DNA from: Clostridiaceae bacterium
Lineage (GTDB): Bacteria; Bacillota; Clostridia; Clostridiales; Clostridiaceae
Direction of reading: 5' to 3'
Assembly: GCA_900759715.1 (NCBI GenBank)
Contig: CAAEXF010000039.1
Coordinates: 4,867 to 68,866, forward strand
DNA: 64,000 nucleotides
The notes beneath the pieces were generated by a model. It ran no database searches, was not told the origin of the DNA, and was given only the letters and a program-made list of their open reading frames with translations. How positions within the stretch are numbered: position 1 is the stretch's first letter; the number at the start of each line of letters is the position of its first letter. Shown here piece after piece: positions 29,387 through 40,590 of this stretch. The translations under genes were made by a program, and so were the position numbers.

Positions 29387-29415
29387 TTGACAAACTTATG
29401 GAGGTATATTAAAAT
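29387..29415 (+). promoter_or_regulatory. SigA promoter of the preQ1 operon
   Basis: TTGACA-N17-TAAAAT. Confidence 0.8.
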
Positions 29416-29440
29416 GTACTAAGATTTATAAAACCGAATA

Positions 29441-29480
29441 AGACAGTTCGTAACCATCCTGTCTATAAGCAAAACTATGG
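29441..29480 (+). ncRNA. preQ1 class I riboswitch
   Basis: AGACAG-TTCGTAACCATC-CTGTCT stem with A-rich tail ATAAGCAAAACTA; terminator-like hairpins near 29516-29537 and 29577-29599; upstream of queC/queT. Confidence 0.88.
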
Positions 29481-29637
29481 AATTAACTATTAAGACTAGT
29501 AGATTGTTTGTATATGAGGGGCGGAGTGCCTCTTTTTATTTTTTGTTGGTCCCTTTAGTTTAATTTCGTATTTTTTAGGGCAGGCTAAGCCCTTTTTTTA
29601 TTGGTTAAATATGAACAATATCCCAACGAGGTGAACT

Positions 29638-30639
29638 ATGAAAAAGATTGGAGTAACGACTACAGTACCTATAGAAATCTTAATTGCTGCTGACTATGAA
29701 GTTATTGATCTTAATAATATTTTTGTTACATCAGAAAATTACTTTAAATACATTGATATAGCTGAAAGGGAAGGATTTCCCAAAAGCTGCTGTGCTTGGA
29801 AAAAAGGTATGTATGGAGTATGCGTTGAGCATGAAATAAAAGAACTGGTGGGAGTTACAGAAGGCGACTGCTCTAATACAAAGGCGCTGGAGGAAGTATT
29901 AGATATGCAGGGAGTTAAAATTTATCCTTTTGCATATCCACATGGACGTAAACTAGAGGATGTTAAAAGATCACTAGATAACTTCATGGATATGTTTGAT
30001 GTAAATTTAAGTGATGTTGAGAAGGTAAGAAAAAGGTTAAATAAAGCAAGAGCTAAGGCAAGAAAGTTTGATGAGCTTACCTTCATTAATAACAAGGTGT
30101 CTGGTTTTGAAAACCACTTATATCAGGTAAGCTGCAGTGATTTCAATAGCAATGTAGATAAATTTGAGGAAGAGCTTTGTGAAAAAATTGAAGAAATAGA
30201 AAAAAGAAGTCCTATTGATAAAAAAATAAGACTTGGATATATAGGTGTTCCACCAATGACCTGTGATATATATGATTATGTTGAAAATTTTGATGCTCAT
30301 TTTGTATACAATGAAGTTCAAAGGGAATTTGCTTTCCCAAGAGCTGATAAAGCGGAAAATATATATGAACAGTATTATGATTATACTTACCCTTATGATA
30401 TTAAATTTAGATTAAAGGACATAAAAAAGCAGATAGAAGAAAGAAAAATAGATGGAATAATACATTATACTCAGGCTTTTTGCTACAGACAGATAGAAGA
30501 CATAGTGATGAAAAAACAGCTAGATATTCCTGTACTTAATATAGAAGGAGATAAGTTAAATTTTTTGGATGCGAGAACAAAGCTTAGGCTCGAGGCATTT
30601 TTAGATATGTTGTTAGACTTGAAAAAATTTCAAAAATAG
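29638..30639 (+). CDS. 2-hydroxyacyl-CoA dehydratase family (HgdB/BcrC-like) Fe-S subunit
   Basis: FP..CC, GDCS, DGIIHY...FC and PVLNIEGD...TKLRLEAFL motifs. Confidence 0.85.
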   Translation: MKKIGVTTTVPIEILIAADYEVIDLNNIFVTSENYFKYIDIAEREGFPKSCCAWKKGMYGVCVEHEIKELVGVTEGDCSNTKALEEVLDMQGVKIYPFAYPHGRKLEDVKRSLDNFMDMFDVNLSDVEKVRKRLNKARAKARKFDELTFINNKVSGFENHLYQVSCSDFNSNVDKFEEELCEKIEEIEKRSPIDKKIRLGYIGVPPMTCDIYDYVENFDAHFVYNEVQREFAFPRADKAENIYEQYYDYTYPYDIKFRLKDIKKQIEERKIDGIIHYTQAFCYRQIEDIVMKKQLDIPVLNIEGDKLNFLDARTKLRLEAFLDMLLDLKKFQK

Positions 30640-30669
30640 CTTAATGCAGATAATAAAGAAGGTGAAGAT

Positions 30670-31431
30670 GTGAGAAGACTTGGTATAGATTTAGGAAGTA
30701 GAGAAGTAAAGCTTGTACTGTTAGAGGGTAAAAAAGTGGTAAAAAAGTTTAAGATAAGTACTATGTCTTTTTATAGAGATTACTGCAGTTTCGATGGAAA
30801 AATAATAGTTAATCTTGACAAACTAGATGTAGGACAAATAGATTCTGCAGTATCCACTGGTTATGGAAGAAATAATACAGATTTAAGTTTTTTTACTCCT
30901 ATAAATGAGATAAAAGCCCATGTTTATGGAGTACTATTTCAAACAGAGCTTAAAGATTTTATTCTTTTAGATGTGGGAGGACAGGACGTAAAGGTAGTTA
31001 AGGTTGAAAAAGGTATTATAACAGATTTAGAATTAAACGAAAAATGTGCTGCATCCTGTGGAAGATATTTAGAGAATATGGCAAACGTTCTTGAAATTCC
31101 TTTAGACAACATGTTTGAGTACTATGAAAACCCAGTAGAACTTAACTCAACTTGTGCAGTTTTTTCAGAATCAGAGCTTATAGGAAAGATTGCTGAAGGA
31201 ATTAGTATGGATAGACTTTGTGCAGGTGTAAATTATTCTTTATACAAAAGATTAGAACCTTTACTTAAAAAGTTTTATGGTAAGACTTTAGTTTTATCAG
31301 GTGGAGTAGCAAGAAATAATGCTTTAAAAACATATTTGCAAAAAGATTATGCTGAAATAATAAATTTACAAGATGCTCAATTTAATGGAGCTTTAGGATG
31401 TTGTTATTATGCTGAAAGGATGGGATTGTAA
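30670..31431 (+). CDS. ATP-dependent activase (HgdC/BadF-type ASKHA 'archerase')
   Basis: GIDLGS, TGYGR, DVGGQD.K, NEKCAA, STCAVF.ESE and SGGVA.N motifs. Confidence 0.92.
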   Translation: MRRLGIDLGSREVKLVLLEGKKVVKKFKISTMSFYRDYCSFDGKIIVNLDKLDVGQIDSAVSTGYGRNNTDLSFFTPINEIKAHVYGVLFQTELKDFILLDVGGQDVKVVKVEKGIITDLELNEKCAASCGRYLENMANVLEIPLDNMFEYYENPVELNSTCAVFSESELIGKIAEGISMDRLCAGVNYSLYKRLEPLLKKFYGKTLVLSGGVARNNALKTYLQKDYAEIINLQDAQFNGALGCCYYAERMGL

Positions 31432-32105
31432 TGAAAAAAGCAGTAGTTTTGTTGTCTGGAGGCTTGGATTCTAGTACGGCAGTTTATTTAGCTAAAAAAG
31501 AAGGCTTTGAAGTTTATGCGGTATCCTTTGATTATGGGCAAAGGCACGATAAAGAGCTTAATTGTGCTAAAAATGTAGCGGAAAAAGCAGGAGTTAAAGA
31601 ACATGTAATTGTTACTACTAACATGAATGTTTGGGGAGGCTCTGCTTTAACTGATAAAAATATAGAGGTTCCTGAAGGAAAAGAGGATAGTAAAGACATA
31701 CCAGTTACCTATGTTCCAGCAAGAAATATGATATTTTTAGCTTATGCTGCATCCTATGCAGAAGCTATAGGCGCTCAGGATATATTTATAGGTGTAAGCG
31801 AGGTTGACTACTCTGGGTATGTAGACTGTAGAGAAGAATTTATAAATGCTATGGAAAATGCAATAAATCATGGAACTGTTTGTGCGGTAGAACAGGGAAG
31901 AAAAATAAAAATACATGCTCCTTTTCTTAATATGACAAAGGCTGAAGAAATAAAGCTCGGTATGGAGCTTGGAGTAGATTATAGCTTAACATGGTCCTGC
32001 TACAAGGGAGAAGCTTTAGCTTGTGGAACTTGTGATAGCTGCATGTTAAGATTAAAGGCTTTTAAAGAAGCAGGATATAAAGATCCCGTAGAATATAATC
32101 TATAG
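31431..32105 (+). CDS. queC: 7-cyano-7-deazaguanine (preQ0) synthase
   Basis: SGGLDS, YGQRH, TYVPARN and SCY..CG.CDSC motifs; TAATG overlap with the activase gene. Confidence 0.96.
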   Translation: MKKAVVLLSGGLDSSTAVYLAKKEGFEVYAVSFDYGQRHDKELNCAKNVAEKAGVKEHVIVTTNMNVWGGSALTDKNIEVPEGKEDSKDIPVTYVPARNMIFLAYAASYAEAIGAQDIFIGVSEVDYSGYVDCREEFINAMENAINHGTVCAVEQGRKIKIHAPFLNMTKAEEIKLGMELGVDYSLTWSCYKGEALACGTCDSCMLRLKAFKEAGYKDPVEYNL

Positions 32106-32154
32106 GGTTGCTAGACGGTCAGTTAGTTTTTATATAATTAAAAGGAGAAAGAAT

Positions 32155-32646
32155 ATGCAAATTAATGTTACGAAAGATAAAAATATATCTTCTATAAAAA
32201 AATTAGTTATTTCTGGACTTGTTATCGGAATGTATGTAATAGTTATGTGCTTAACTCAAAGTTTTGCTTTTGGACAGTATCAAATTAGAATTGCCACTTC
32301 ATTATATGCATTAGGTGGAATATTTCCATTTTTAATTGTACCAATGGGAATAGCAAACCTTATTAGCAACACACTAATGGGGGGACTTGGAATCTTTGAT
32401 ATGGTTGGTGGAGCTGCAGTTGGAATGATGGCTTCAGGACTTGCTTATTTAATTAAGAAACTTAATCTAAATGACTGGTTCGTAACACTTCCTATAGTTT
32501 TTATACCAGGGCTTGTAGTTCCAATTTGGCTATCACTTTTAATACATGTTCCATATAAAGTACTAGCTATAAGCATATGTATAGGACAAATTATTCCCGC
32601 AATAGTAGGGGTATTATTATTAAAACAATTAAGAAAAGTTTTATAA
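32155..32646 (+). CDS. queT: QueT family queuosine-precursor transporter (ECF S-component)
   Basis: FGQYQIRIA and G.AN.ISN...G.G.FD.VGG motifs; in the preQ1 operon. Confidence 0.88.
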   Translation: MQINVTKDKNISSIKKLVISGLVIGMYVIVMCLTQSFAFGQYQIRIATSLYALGGIFPFLIVPMGIANLISNTLMGGLGIFDMVGGAAVGMMASGLAYLIKKLNLNDWFVTLPIVFIPGLVVPIWLSLLIHVPYKVLAISICIGQIIPAIVGVLLLKQLRKVL

Positions 32647-32791
32647 GATGATAGGTAGTTAAAGTCTGTAGACAAGATTTGTTGTTTACAGGCTTTAATT
32701 ATTTGATAGTAAATTTATTCTTATGTTTGTTTACTACTTGGCACCAATTGGAATATAATTAACTTAAATATTATGCAAGGTAGGTGACAGG

Positions 32792-34546
32792 GTGGCAGGA
32801 AGAGTAAAAAATTTTATATTTAAAAATAGAATGAGATATGCAAAGGGAGCAATGGCTCTACTTTTAATAAATATTCTACAAGTTTCTATTCCAAGAATTA
32901 CCGGGGAAATTATAGACGGTATTCAAACTGGAAGTATAAATGCTAACAATGTTGGCATGTACTCATCTATTATAGTAATTATTGCAATATCTATTTTTGT
33001 ATTAAACTACTTAAGCAGGCTACAGATAACAGGTGCATCTATATTATTTCAATACGAAACTACAAATGCAATATTTAAACATTTAGAAAAGCTTTCTATG
33101 AGTTTCTTTAACAAAAACAGTGTTGGAGAACTGATGGCACTTTCAGTAAACGATGTTAATGCAGTACGTTTAGCTTTAGGCAGAGGTGTTAACTTAATTA
33201 TAGATACATTTTTCCTTATGCTTCTAAGTATAATAGCTATGGGAAAAACTATAAATATGAAACTCACGATCATGGCTTTTTTACCTATACCAATTTTAAT
33301 AGTTGTAGTAGCAAAGTTTGGGAGTGTAATAAATAATAGATTTAAAAAAGTACAAGAATCCTTTGCTAGTTTAACTGAAAAAGTCCAGGAAAATATCGCA
33401 GGTATTAGAGTTATAAAAACCTTTGTACAGGAAAAAGAGGAAATTGAGAATTTCAAGATAATAAATGTAAGAAATTATGAGACAAACATACAACTGGTTA
33501 AGGTTTGGGGAGTATTTTATCCTTTAATTGAATTTTTAAGTGCTGTTTCTTATTTAATTGTATTGGTTTATGGATCTTCTTTAGTATTAAAAAAGCAGAT
33601 AACTATAGGAGATTTTATTGCGGTAAACAGCTATATAGGAGTTTTAATAAGACCTATAAAATTTATAGGAAGGATTGTTAATATAGTTCAAAGAGGAGAG
33701 GCATCAAAAGGTAGAATAGAGAAATTGTTTAATGAAAAACCTGAAGTACATGATAAATCAGATTTTAAAAGTAAGTTTGATAACCTTAAACTTAGCGGAA
33801 AAGTAGTTTTTAAAAACTTAACTTTTTCATATAGTAAGGAAGCTAAACCTGTACTAAAAAATATAGATTTAACTTTAGAGCCTGGAAAAACTGTAGCCAT
33901 TGTCGGAAAGGTTGGAAGTGGGAAGTCCACCTTGGCAAATTTAATTTTAAGATTGTACAATCCCCAAGAGAAAGGACAGCTTATAATAGACAATATGGAC
34001 ATTACAGAAATACCTGTTAAGGTTCTCCGTGATAACATAGGATATGTACCGCAGGATAATTTCTTATTCTCTGAGTCAATAAAATATAATATAGCTTTTT
34101 CTCAAAGAGATTATACTATAAAACAAATAGAGGATGCAGCAAAGATAAGTCAGGTATATGATAATATAATGGACTTTTCAGATAAATTTGATACTATGCT
34201 TGGTGAAAGAGGTGTGAATATATCTGGTGGTCAAAAACAGAGGATATCCATTGCTAGGGCTATAATAAAAAAACCTTCTATACTTGTATTAGATGATTGT
34301 TTATCAGCAGTTGATACAGAGACAGAAAAAAATATATTGGATGGATTAAAATATATTATAAAAGATTGTTCATGCCTGATTATATCTCACAGAGTTTCCA
34401 GTATAAAACATGCAGATGAGATTATTGTACTAGACAAAGGAAGCATAGTAGAAAGAGGTGCTCATGCAGATCTTATGAAAATAGGCGGTTTATATTACAG
34501 AATGTATGAAAAACAGATATTACAGGAGAGATCTGAAAATTACTAA
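32792..34546 (+). CDS. Heterodimeric ABC exporter, subunit 1 (TMD+NBD)
   Basis: GKVGSGKS, SGGQKQR and LDDCLSAVD (degenerate Walker B) motifs. Confidence 0.92.
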   Translation: MAGRVKNFIFKNRMRYAKGAMALLLINILQVSIPRITGEIIDGIQTGSINANNVGMYSSIIVIIAISIFVLNYLSRLQITGASILFQYETTNAIFKHLEKLSMSFFNKNSVGELMALSVNDVNAVRLALGRGVNLIIDTFFLMLLSIIAMGKTINMKLTIMAFLPIPILIVVVAKFGSVINNRFKKVQESFASLTEKVQENIAGIRVIKTFVQEKEEIENFKIINVRNYETNIQLVKVWGVFYPLIEFLSAVSYLIVLVYGSSLVLKKQITIGDFIAVNSYIGVLIRPIKFIGRIVNIVQRGEASKGRIEKLFNEKPEVHDKSDFKSKFDNLKLSGKVVFKNLTFSYSKEAKPVLKNIDLTLEPGKTVAIVGKVGSGKSTLANLILRLYNPQEKGQLIIDNMDITEIPVKVLRDNIGYVPQDNFLFSESIKYNIAFSQRDYTIKQIEDAAKISQVYDNIMDFSDKFDTMLGERGVNISGGQKQRISIARAIIKKPSILVLDDCLSAVDTETEKNILDGLKYIIKDCSCLIISHRVSSIKHADEIIVLDKGSIVERGAHADLMKIGGLYYRMYEKQILQERSENY

Positions 34547-34551
34547 GGAGG

Positions 34552-36396
34552 ATGTTTATGCCTAGAGGTTTTGGCGGCGGGGGATTTTCACAAGGTTCTT
34601 CGGGAAAAAGATTTAGAACTGATGAAAAAAATCATAAAAAAGGTGATAGAGAAGCAACAAAAAAGCTAATAAAATATGTAGGTCCTTATTGGAAGTATTT
34701 TTTGCTGTCGCTTACTTTAATTCTTGTAGTATCAGCTGCTCAGTTAGCAAGACCTTATATTGTAAAAATAGTAATTGATGATTATATAAGAAAAGGCTTA
34801 TCAGGTGATTTAGCAGTAAATCAATGTGAAGCAGGAATAAAATTCTTAGGTTTAATTTATCTTGTACTTATGCTTATAGAATTTATTTTAAGTTACTTTC
34901 AAACTTATATTTTAGAGCGTACAGCTAAAAAAATAATTATGAATTTGAGGCAGCAAGTTTTTAGTCATATACAAAAGCTTCCCATAGCCTATTTCGATAA
35001 AAACCCGATTGGGAAAATAGTGACAAGAGTTACCAATGATACAGATTCTTTAAATGACATGTTTACAGATGTAGTAATAGGTTTTTTGCAGAATGTATTT
35101 ATTATGATAGGAATAGTATTAGTTATGATAAGTTTGGACTTAAAGCTTACTGTAATATGTCTTTTAGTTACGCCGTTAATGTTTGGAGTTACACTTTTAT
35201 TTAAAAAAAGGGCAAGAAGAATTTTTGGTGAAATAAGAAATAAATTATCCTCCATAAATGCCTTTTTATCAGAGCATATATCTGGTATGAAAATTATTCA
35301 GATATTTAACATGGAGGACAAAAAATACAATGAGTTTCAAAATATAAATGAAGAATATTACAATGCAAACTTAAAACAAATCATACTTTTTGGTGTCTTT
35401 AGACCCTTCATGGATGTAGTAAAAACCTTATCATTAGCACTTATATTATTTTATGGAGGTACAAGGCTCATTAAGGGAACCATAGAAGTAGGAACTCTTT
35501 ATGCTTTCATTAATTACATAAATAGATTGTTTCAGCCTATTATTGAGCTTACGGACCAATATAACACATATCAAAGCTCCATGGTTTCTTCTGAAAGAAT
35601 ATTTGGTATACTAGATGAGAAAATTGAGGACCAGCATAGTGATGGATGTAATTTAAATAAGGAAGAAGGAGAAATTGAATTTAAAAATGTGTGGTTTGCT
35701 TATGAATCTGAAAACTGGATTTTAAAGAATCTTTCTTTTAAAATATTACCTGGACAATCTGTTTCTTTTGTAGGGGCTACAGGAGCGGGGAAAACAAGTA
35801 TTATAAATTTGCTTTGCGGTTTTTATGAAAATCAGAAAGGTGAAATACTTATTGATGGCATAAATATAAAAGATATAAAAACTGAGGAACTGAGAAGAAA
35901 TATAGGATTAGTACTTCAAGATGTATTTTTATTTGCAGGAGATATTGAAACTAATATAAAGTTATTTAATAAAGAAATATCATTAGAAAATGTGAAAAAA
36001 GCTGCCCAACATGTAAATGCAGATTATTTTATAGAAAACTTTGATGATGGATATAAGCATAAGATTAATGAAAAAGGAACAACTCTTTCGATGGGACAAA
36101 GACAGCTTATTTCTTTTGCTAGAGCATTGGTTTTTAATCCGTCAATTTTAGTTATGGATGAGGCTACATCAAATATTGATACAGAAACAGAGGCAATAAT
36201 TCAAGAGGCTTTAGAAAAGCTTATGAAAAACAGAACTACTATTGCAGTAGCGCACAGACTATCAACTATAAAGAAGTCTGATAATGTTATTGTTTTGCAT
36301 AAGGGAGAAATAAAAGAAATAGGAAATCATAAGGAACTTATGACCAAAAAAGGTTTTTATTATAGTCTTTACAAACTGCAGTATGAGAATTTATAA
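34552..36396 (+). CDS. Heterodimeric ABC exporter, subunit 2 (TMD+NBD)
   Basis: GATGAGKT, SMGQRQL, MDEATS and AHRLSTI motifs. Confidence 0.92.
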   Translation: MFMPRGFGGGGFSQGSSGKRFRTDEKNHKKGDREATKKLIKYVGPYWKYFLLSLTLILVVSAAQLARPYIVKIVIDDYIRKGLSGDLAVNQCEAGIKFLGLIYLVLMLIEFILSYFQTYILERTAKKIIMNLRQQVFSHIQKLPIAYFDKNPIGKIVTRVTNDTDSLNDMFTDVVIGFLQNVFIMIGIVLVMISLDLKLTVICLLVTPLMFGVTLLFKKRARRIFGEIRNKLSSINAFLSEHISGMKIIQIFNMEDKKYNEFQNINEEYYNANLKQIILFGVFRPFMDVVKTLSLALILFYGGTRLIKGTIEVGTLYAFINYINRLFQPIIELTDQYNTYQSSMVSSERIFGILDEKIEDQHSDGCNLNKEEGEIEFKNVWFAYESENWILKNLSFKILPGQSVSFVGATGAGKTSIINLLCGFYENQKGEILIDGINIKDIKTEELRRNIGLVLQDVFLFAGDIETNIKLFNKEISLENVKKAAQHVNADYFIENFDDGYKHKINEKGTTLSMGQRQLISFARALVFNPSILVMDEATSNIDTETEAIIQEALEKLMKNRTTIAVAHRLSTIKKSDNVIVLHKGEIKEIGNHKELMTKKGFYYSLYKLQYENL

Positions 36397-36523
36397 TAAA
36401 CCAGGTGTTAATTTAAATATATTTAATCTTTTATTCTTGCACTTACTTTCTAGTAGGTGTATTTTTTTATATATAAGATACTTACCAAGTTTTAGCATAT
36501 TCGACTTAAAGGAGGAATAAGGT

Positions 36524-38383
36524 TTGATATCATCACTAAAAAAATATAAAAAGAGAAAAGCTCAGTATGATCTATTGCTTAAAAAGCAACAGAAATGTAT
36601 AGATAAGATAAGCACCTTACGATTAGTTATTTTTGTACTAGGGCTTGCAATTTTAATAGGAGCGTATATCTTGAGAAGGTATTACCTATTTGATTTATTG
36701 GTTCTAGTAGTAATTGTTCTATTTTGTTATTTAGCCTATTTACATAAAAGTATAGAAAATAAAAATAAGTATATAGCTGCATTATATGAAGTAAATGAAA
36801 GCTCCATAAAACGATTAAAGGGAGATTGGAAACTCTTTGAGGATACCGGTGGAGAGTTTATAGATGAAAATCATAATTACTCATATGATCTTGATATTTT
36901 TGGTAGAGGCTCTTTATTTCAATGGATAAATGTAGCCCATACTTATCTGGGAAGACAAAAGCTTAAAGATATGTTAACAGAAAAACCTCAAAATGAACAG
37001 AACATATATTATAGGCAATCTGCAGTTAAAGAACTTGAGAAAAAAATATATTTTAGGCAGAGACTTGAGGCAGAAGGAAAAATAATCAACAACAGTCAGA
37101 ATCTCAAAGAGCTTTTTCTATGGATAAAAGAAAGAAGTAACTATATATTAAAAAGACAAGTAATTTGGAGCTTAAGAATTTTTTCAATGGTGACTGCGAT
37201 AGCTACCTTAACCTTGGTGGTTAGAATAATTGATTATGTACTGGCTGTTTTATTAGACATTGATAGAAGTGCTCCAAAAATATTTTATTTAATTCCTTAT
37301 TATATTCCTATTCTTCTCATTTTGATTCAAAGCTTTATTTTAAGAATAAAAAGAGAAGATAGAATAAAAAATTTAATTATTGCTGAAAAATATAACGATA
37401 ACATAAAAACATATAGAAATATGCTTAGACATATAGAAAAGCATAAATTTAAATCAGAGTATATTGTAAATTTATGTGAAAAACTTTACGATAATGATGG
37501 CCTAAGTGCATCTAAACAGATAGATGTTTTTTCTAAAATTTGTGAATCAATAGCTAACAGACGTAATATGCTATATCCTATTTTAAATTCCATTCTCATG
37601 ATAGAATATCACTGGGCTATTTCTATTGAAGAATGGAAGATAAAATCAGGAAATAATTTTGAAAATTGGATTAATACAATAGCTGAATTAGAAGCTTTAT
37701 GTAGTATTGCGGTTATCAAATACGATAATCCCAATTGGAGTATGCCTAAGATTGTAACTGGACCCTCAAAGATTATAGCTAAAAATATGGGACATCCACT
37801 TCTGGGAGAAGAACGGGTATGCAATAACTTAAAGCTAGAGGAGCCCTATCAAGTTATGCTTATAACAGGCTCCAATATGTCTGGGAAGAGTACATTTATG
37901 AGAACTGTGGGAATTAATATTGTATTAGCATATGCAGGAGCTCCTGTATGTGCAGATGAATTTTATTGTACTATTATGGATCTATACAGTTGTATGAAGG
38001 TAAGTGATAATTTAGGTGAAAGTATATCTTCCTTTTATGCAGAGATATTAAAAATTAAAAATATTGTTAAGGCTTCAAAAGAAGGAAAGCAAGTACTATT
38101 TTTATTAGATGAAATTTTTAAAGGAACTAATTCAAGAGATAGACACACTGGAGCTATGATTTTGGTAAAACAATTAAGTAAAATTGGAAATCTAGGCTTT
38201 GTATCCACTCATGATTTAGAGTTAGGTGAGCTGGAAAATCATAAAAATTCAAAAGTTAAGAACTATCATTTTTCCGAATACTATAGAGAGAATAAAATTT
38301 ATTTTGATTATAAATTGAAAGCCGGAGTTTCACCTACAAGAAATGCTGTATATTTAATGAAGTTAGCTGGCATTGAAATATAA
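36524..38383 (+). CDS. Membrane-anchored MutS-related ATPase
   Basis: N-terminal and central TM segments; ITGSNMSGKST, SSFYAE, LLDEIFKGTNS and STHD motifs; no recognisable mismatch-binding domain. Confidence 0.88.
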   Translation: MISSLKKYKKRKAQYDLLLKKQQKCIDKISTLRLVIFVLGLAILIGAYILRRYYLFDLLVLVVIVLFCYLAYLHKSIENKNKYIAALYEVNESSIKRLKGDWKLFEDTGGEFIDENHNYSYDLDIFGRGSLFQWINVAHTYLGRQKLKDMLTEKPQNEQNIYYRQSAVKELEKKIYFRQRLEAEGKIINNSQNLKELFLWIKERSNYILKRQVIWSLRIFSMVTAIATLTLVVRIIDYVLAVLLDIDRSAPKIFYLIPYYIPILLILIQSFILRIKREDRIKNLIIAEKYNDNIKTYRNMLRHIEKHKFKSEYIVNLCEKLYDNDGLSASKQIDVFSKICESIANRRNMLYPILNSILMIEYHWAISIEEWKIKSGNNFENWINTIAELEALCSIAVIKYDNPNWSMPKIVTGPSKIIAKNMGHPLLGEERVCNNLKLEEPYQVMLITGSNMSGKSTFMRTVGINIVLAYAGAPVCADEFYCTIMDLYSCMKVSDNLGESISSFYAEILKIKNIVKASKEGKQVLFLLDEIFKGTNSRDRHTGAMILVKQLSKIGNLGFVSTHDLELGELENHKNSKVKNYHFSEYYRENKIYFDYKLKAGVSPTRNAVYLMKLAGIEI

Positions 38384-38479
38384 TAAAACAATGAGGCGAA
38401 GTAATATTTTTTATTAAGATTAATGAAGAACAGAAGTCTGTCAATAGAGTTTTTACAAACTTGTTGACAGACTCCTGTT

Positions 38480-39829
38480 TTATGCTCTATTAAAATACTC
38501 ATCTATACTCTTAAAGCAAGTATCCACCATAAATTCTATGTCCTTTTCCTCTACCACATAAGGTGGAAGAAAATAAAGTACATTTCCTATTGGTCTGAGC
38601 AGAAGGCCATTTTTTAATGCTATTTTGTAAATTTCATATCCTACCCTTTGCTGCCATGGGAAAGGCTCCTTAAATTCTTTGTTCCTAACTAACTCTATTG
38701 CTGTAATCATGCCTAAAGTTCTTACATCTCCTATATAAGGGTTGTTTTCTGCCTTCTCTAATGTGAGTTTATTTATTAACTTTGATTTTTTCTCATTTTT
38801 TTCTAATATATTCTCCTCTTTGAAGATTTTTATATTTTCAAGAGCAATAGCACAGGCCATGGCATTTCCTGCATAGGTATGGCTATGTATGAAAGCCTTA
38901 AAATCACTATATTTTCCGTAAAAGCAATTATATATTTTTTCACTGGTCATTACTATGGACATAGGCATATACCCGGCGGAAAGTCCTTTAGAAAGACACA
39001 TGAGGTCCGGACTTACCTCTGCATGTTCACAGGCAAACATTTTTCCGGTTCTTCCAAAGCCCATAGCTATTTCATCTGCTATAAAGTGTATGTTGTATTT
39101 ATCGCAGACTTCTCTAAGCTTTTTCAAATATATTGGAGAATACATCCTCATACCTGCAGCTCCTTGAACCATAGGCTCTATGATGACACCACATAATTCT
39201 TCATTATACTGCTCTAGTGCTTTTTCCATAGAGTCAAAACATTCTGCACTGCAGCTTTCTCTATTTTTTCCGTACTTACATCTATAGCAGTCAGGTCCTT
39301 CGATTCTGATCGTGTTTAAAAGCAGCGGTTTGTATATCTTGCTGTATAAATCTAAATCTCCTACAGATAGCGCTCCTAAAGTTTCACCATGGTAAGCACC
39401 AGTTATAGCTGCAAATCTAGTCTTTTGGGCATTCCCGCTCTGTTGATGATATTGAAAGCTCATTTTTAAAGCAATTTCCACTGCTGAGGAGCCGTTATCT
39501 GAGAAATATACCTTTTTTAATCTGTCTGGTGTTAGTTTTACTAATTCCTCTGATAAATCTATTGCAGCTTTATTTGAAAAGTTAGCAAAAATAACATGCT
39601 CTATTTGCTCTACCTGTTTTTTTAGAGCATTGTTTATTCTATCATTACTATGTCCAAAAGTAGTTGTCCACCATGATGATATACAATCCATGTAGCTTTT
39701 TCCCTCTACATCATACAGGTAGCAGCCCTTTCCTTTTTCTATTACTATAGGAGGCAGATCCTCATAATCCTTCATCTGAGAACAAGGATGCCATATATAA
39801 TTTAAGTCTCTTTTCGTATATTCATTCAT
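38480..39829 (-). CDS. bioA: DAPA aminotransferase
   Basis: IWHPCSQM, SSWW, AYHGET, ADEIAMGFGRTG and LSKGL motifs. Confidence 0.96.
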   Translation of the reverse strand: MNEYTKRDLNYIWHPCSQMKDYEDLPPIVIEKGKGCYLYDVEGKSYMDCISSWWTTTFGHSNDRINNALKKQVEQIEHVIFANFSNKAAIDLSEELVKLTPDRLKKVYFSDNGSSAVEIALKMSFQYHQQSGNAQKTRFAAITGAYHGETLGALSVGDLDLYSKIYKPLLLNTIRIEGPDCYRCKYGKNRESCSAECFDSMEKALEQYNEELCGVIIEPMVQGAAGMRMYSPIYLKKLREVCDKYNIHFIADEIAMGFGRTGKMFACEHAEVSPDLMCLSKGLSAGYMPMSIVMTSEKIYNCFYGKYSDFKAFIHSHTYAGNAMACAIALENIKIFKEENILEKNEKKSKLINKLTLEKAENNPYIGDVRTLGMITAIELVRNKEFKEPFPWQQRVGYEIYKIALKNGLLLRPIGNVLYFLPPYVVEEKDIEFMVDTCFKSIDEYFNRA

Positions 39830-39855
39830 TCCTATACACCTCTGTAATAATTTGA

Positions 39856-40590
39856 TTATCTATAGATTTCATCCATACAATTTATTAAATCCTCTACCTT
39901 TAGAGACTTCTCTATTTCTTCTCTCAACTTCTCTATTCCTAATGGGCTTTCCACAGAATCTATTTTTGGCAGTACAGCTAAAATAGGCACCTCTGTGAGT
40001 TTTTTAATGATTTTTATGTTATCATCACATAGAGAATTTTTTTCATATCCATTAATCATGACACCTTTAACTTTTATGCCCAAGCTTTCTATATACTTAA
40101 TGGTTATAACAGAATGGTTTATTGTTCCTAGTGAAGCTCTAGCTACCACTATTACGCTCATATTGAGTTCTTTAATTAAATCCTCTAAAAGATATACTCC
40201 ATTTTCCTTATCTATTAAAGGACAAACTATTCCTCCGCTTCCCTCCATTACTATGTAGTCATATTTTTTCTTAAGATTATTAAATTTTTCTTTTATTATA
40301 TCTATATTAATTATGTTATTTTCTAATTTAGAAGCTAGATGAGGGGAAACTGCATTTTTATATACATAGGGAACTATATTTTCGTAAGGCTCCTGCAGTC
40401 CACTTACTTCTTTTACAAACTTAGCATCTCCAGGAATAAGAGTGTTATTACATTCTACAGCACCACTTAAGGCCCCTTTAAAATAGCAACTATTATATTC
40501 TTTTTTTCGTAAAAGGTACATAAGTGCTGCGGTAACTACCGTTTTACCTACATCAGTGTCTGTACCAGTTATAAATATTCCTTTACTCAT
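39856..40590 (-). CDS. bioD: Dethiobiotin synthetase
   Basis: [16 protein letters not shown] and LGTINH motifs. Confidence 0.96.
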   Translation of the reverse strand: MSKGIFITGTDTDVGKTVVTAALMYLLRKKEYNSCYFKGALSGAVECNNTLIPGDAKFVKEVSGLQEPYENIVPYVYKNAVSPHLASKLENNIINIDIIKEKFNNLKKKYDYIVMEGSGGIVCPLIDKENGVYLLEDLIKELNMSVIVVARASLGTINHSVITIKYIESLGIKVKGVMINGYEKNSLCDDNIKIIKKLTEVPILAVLPKIDSVESPLGIEKLREEIEKSLKVEDLINCMDEIYR

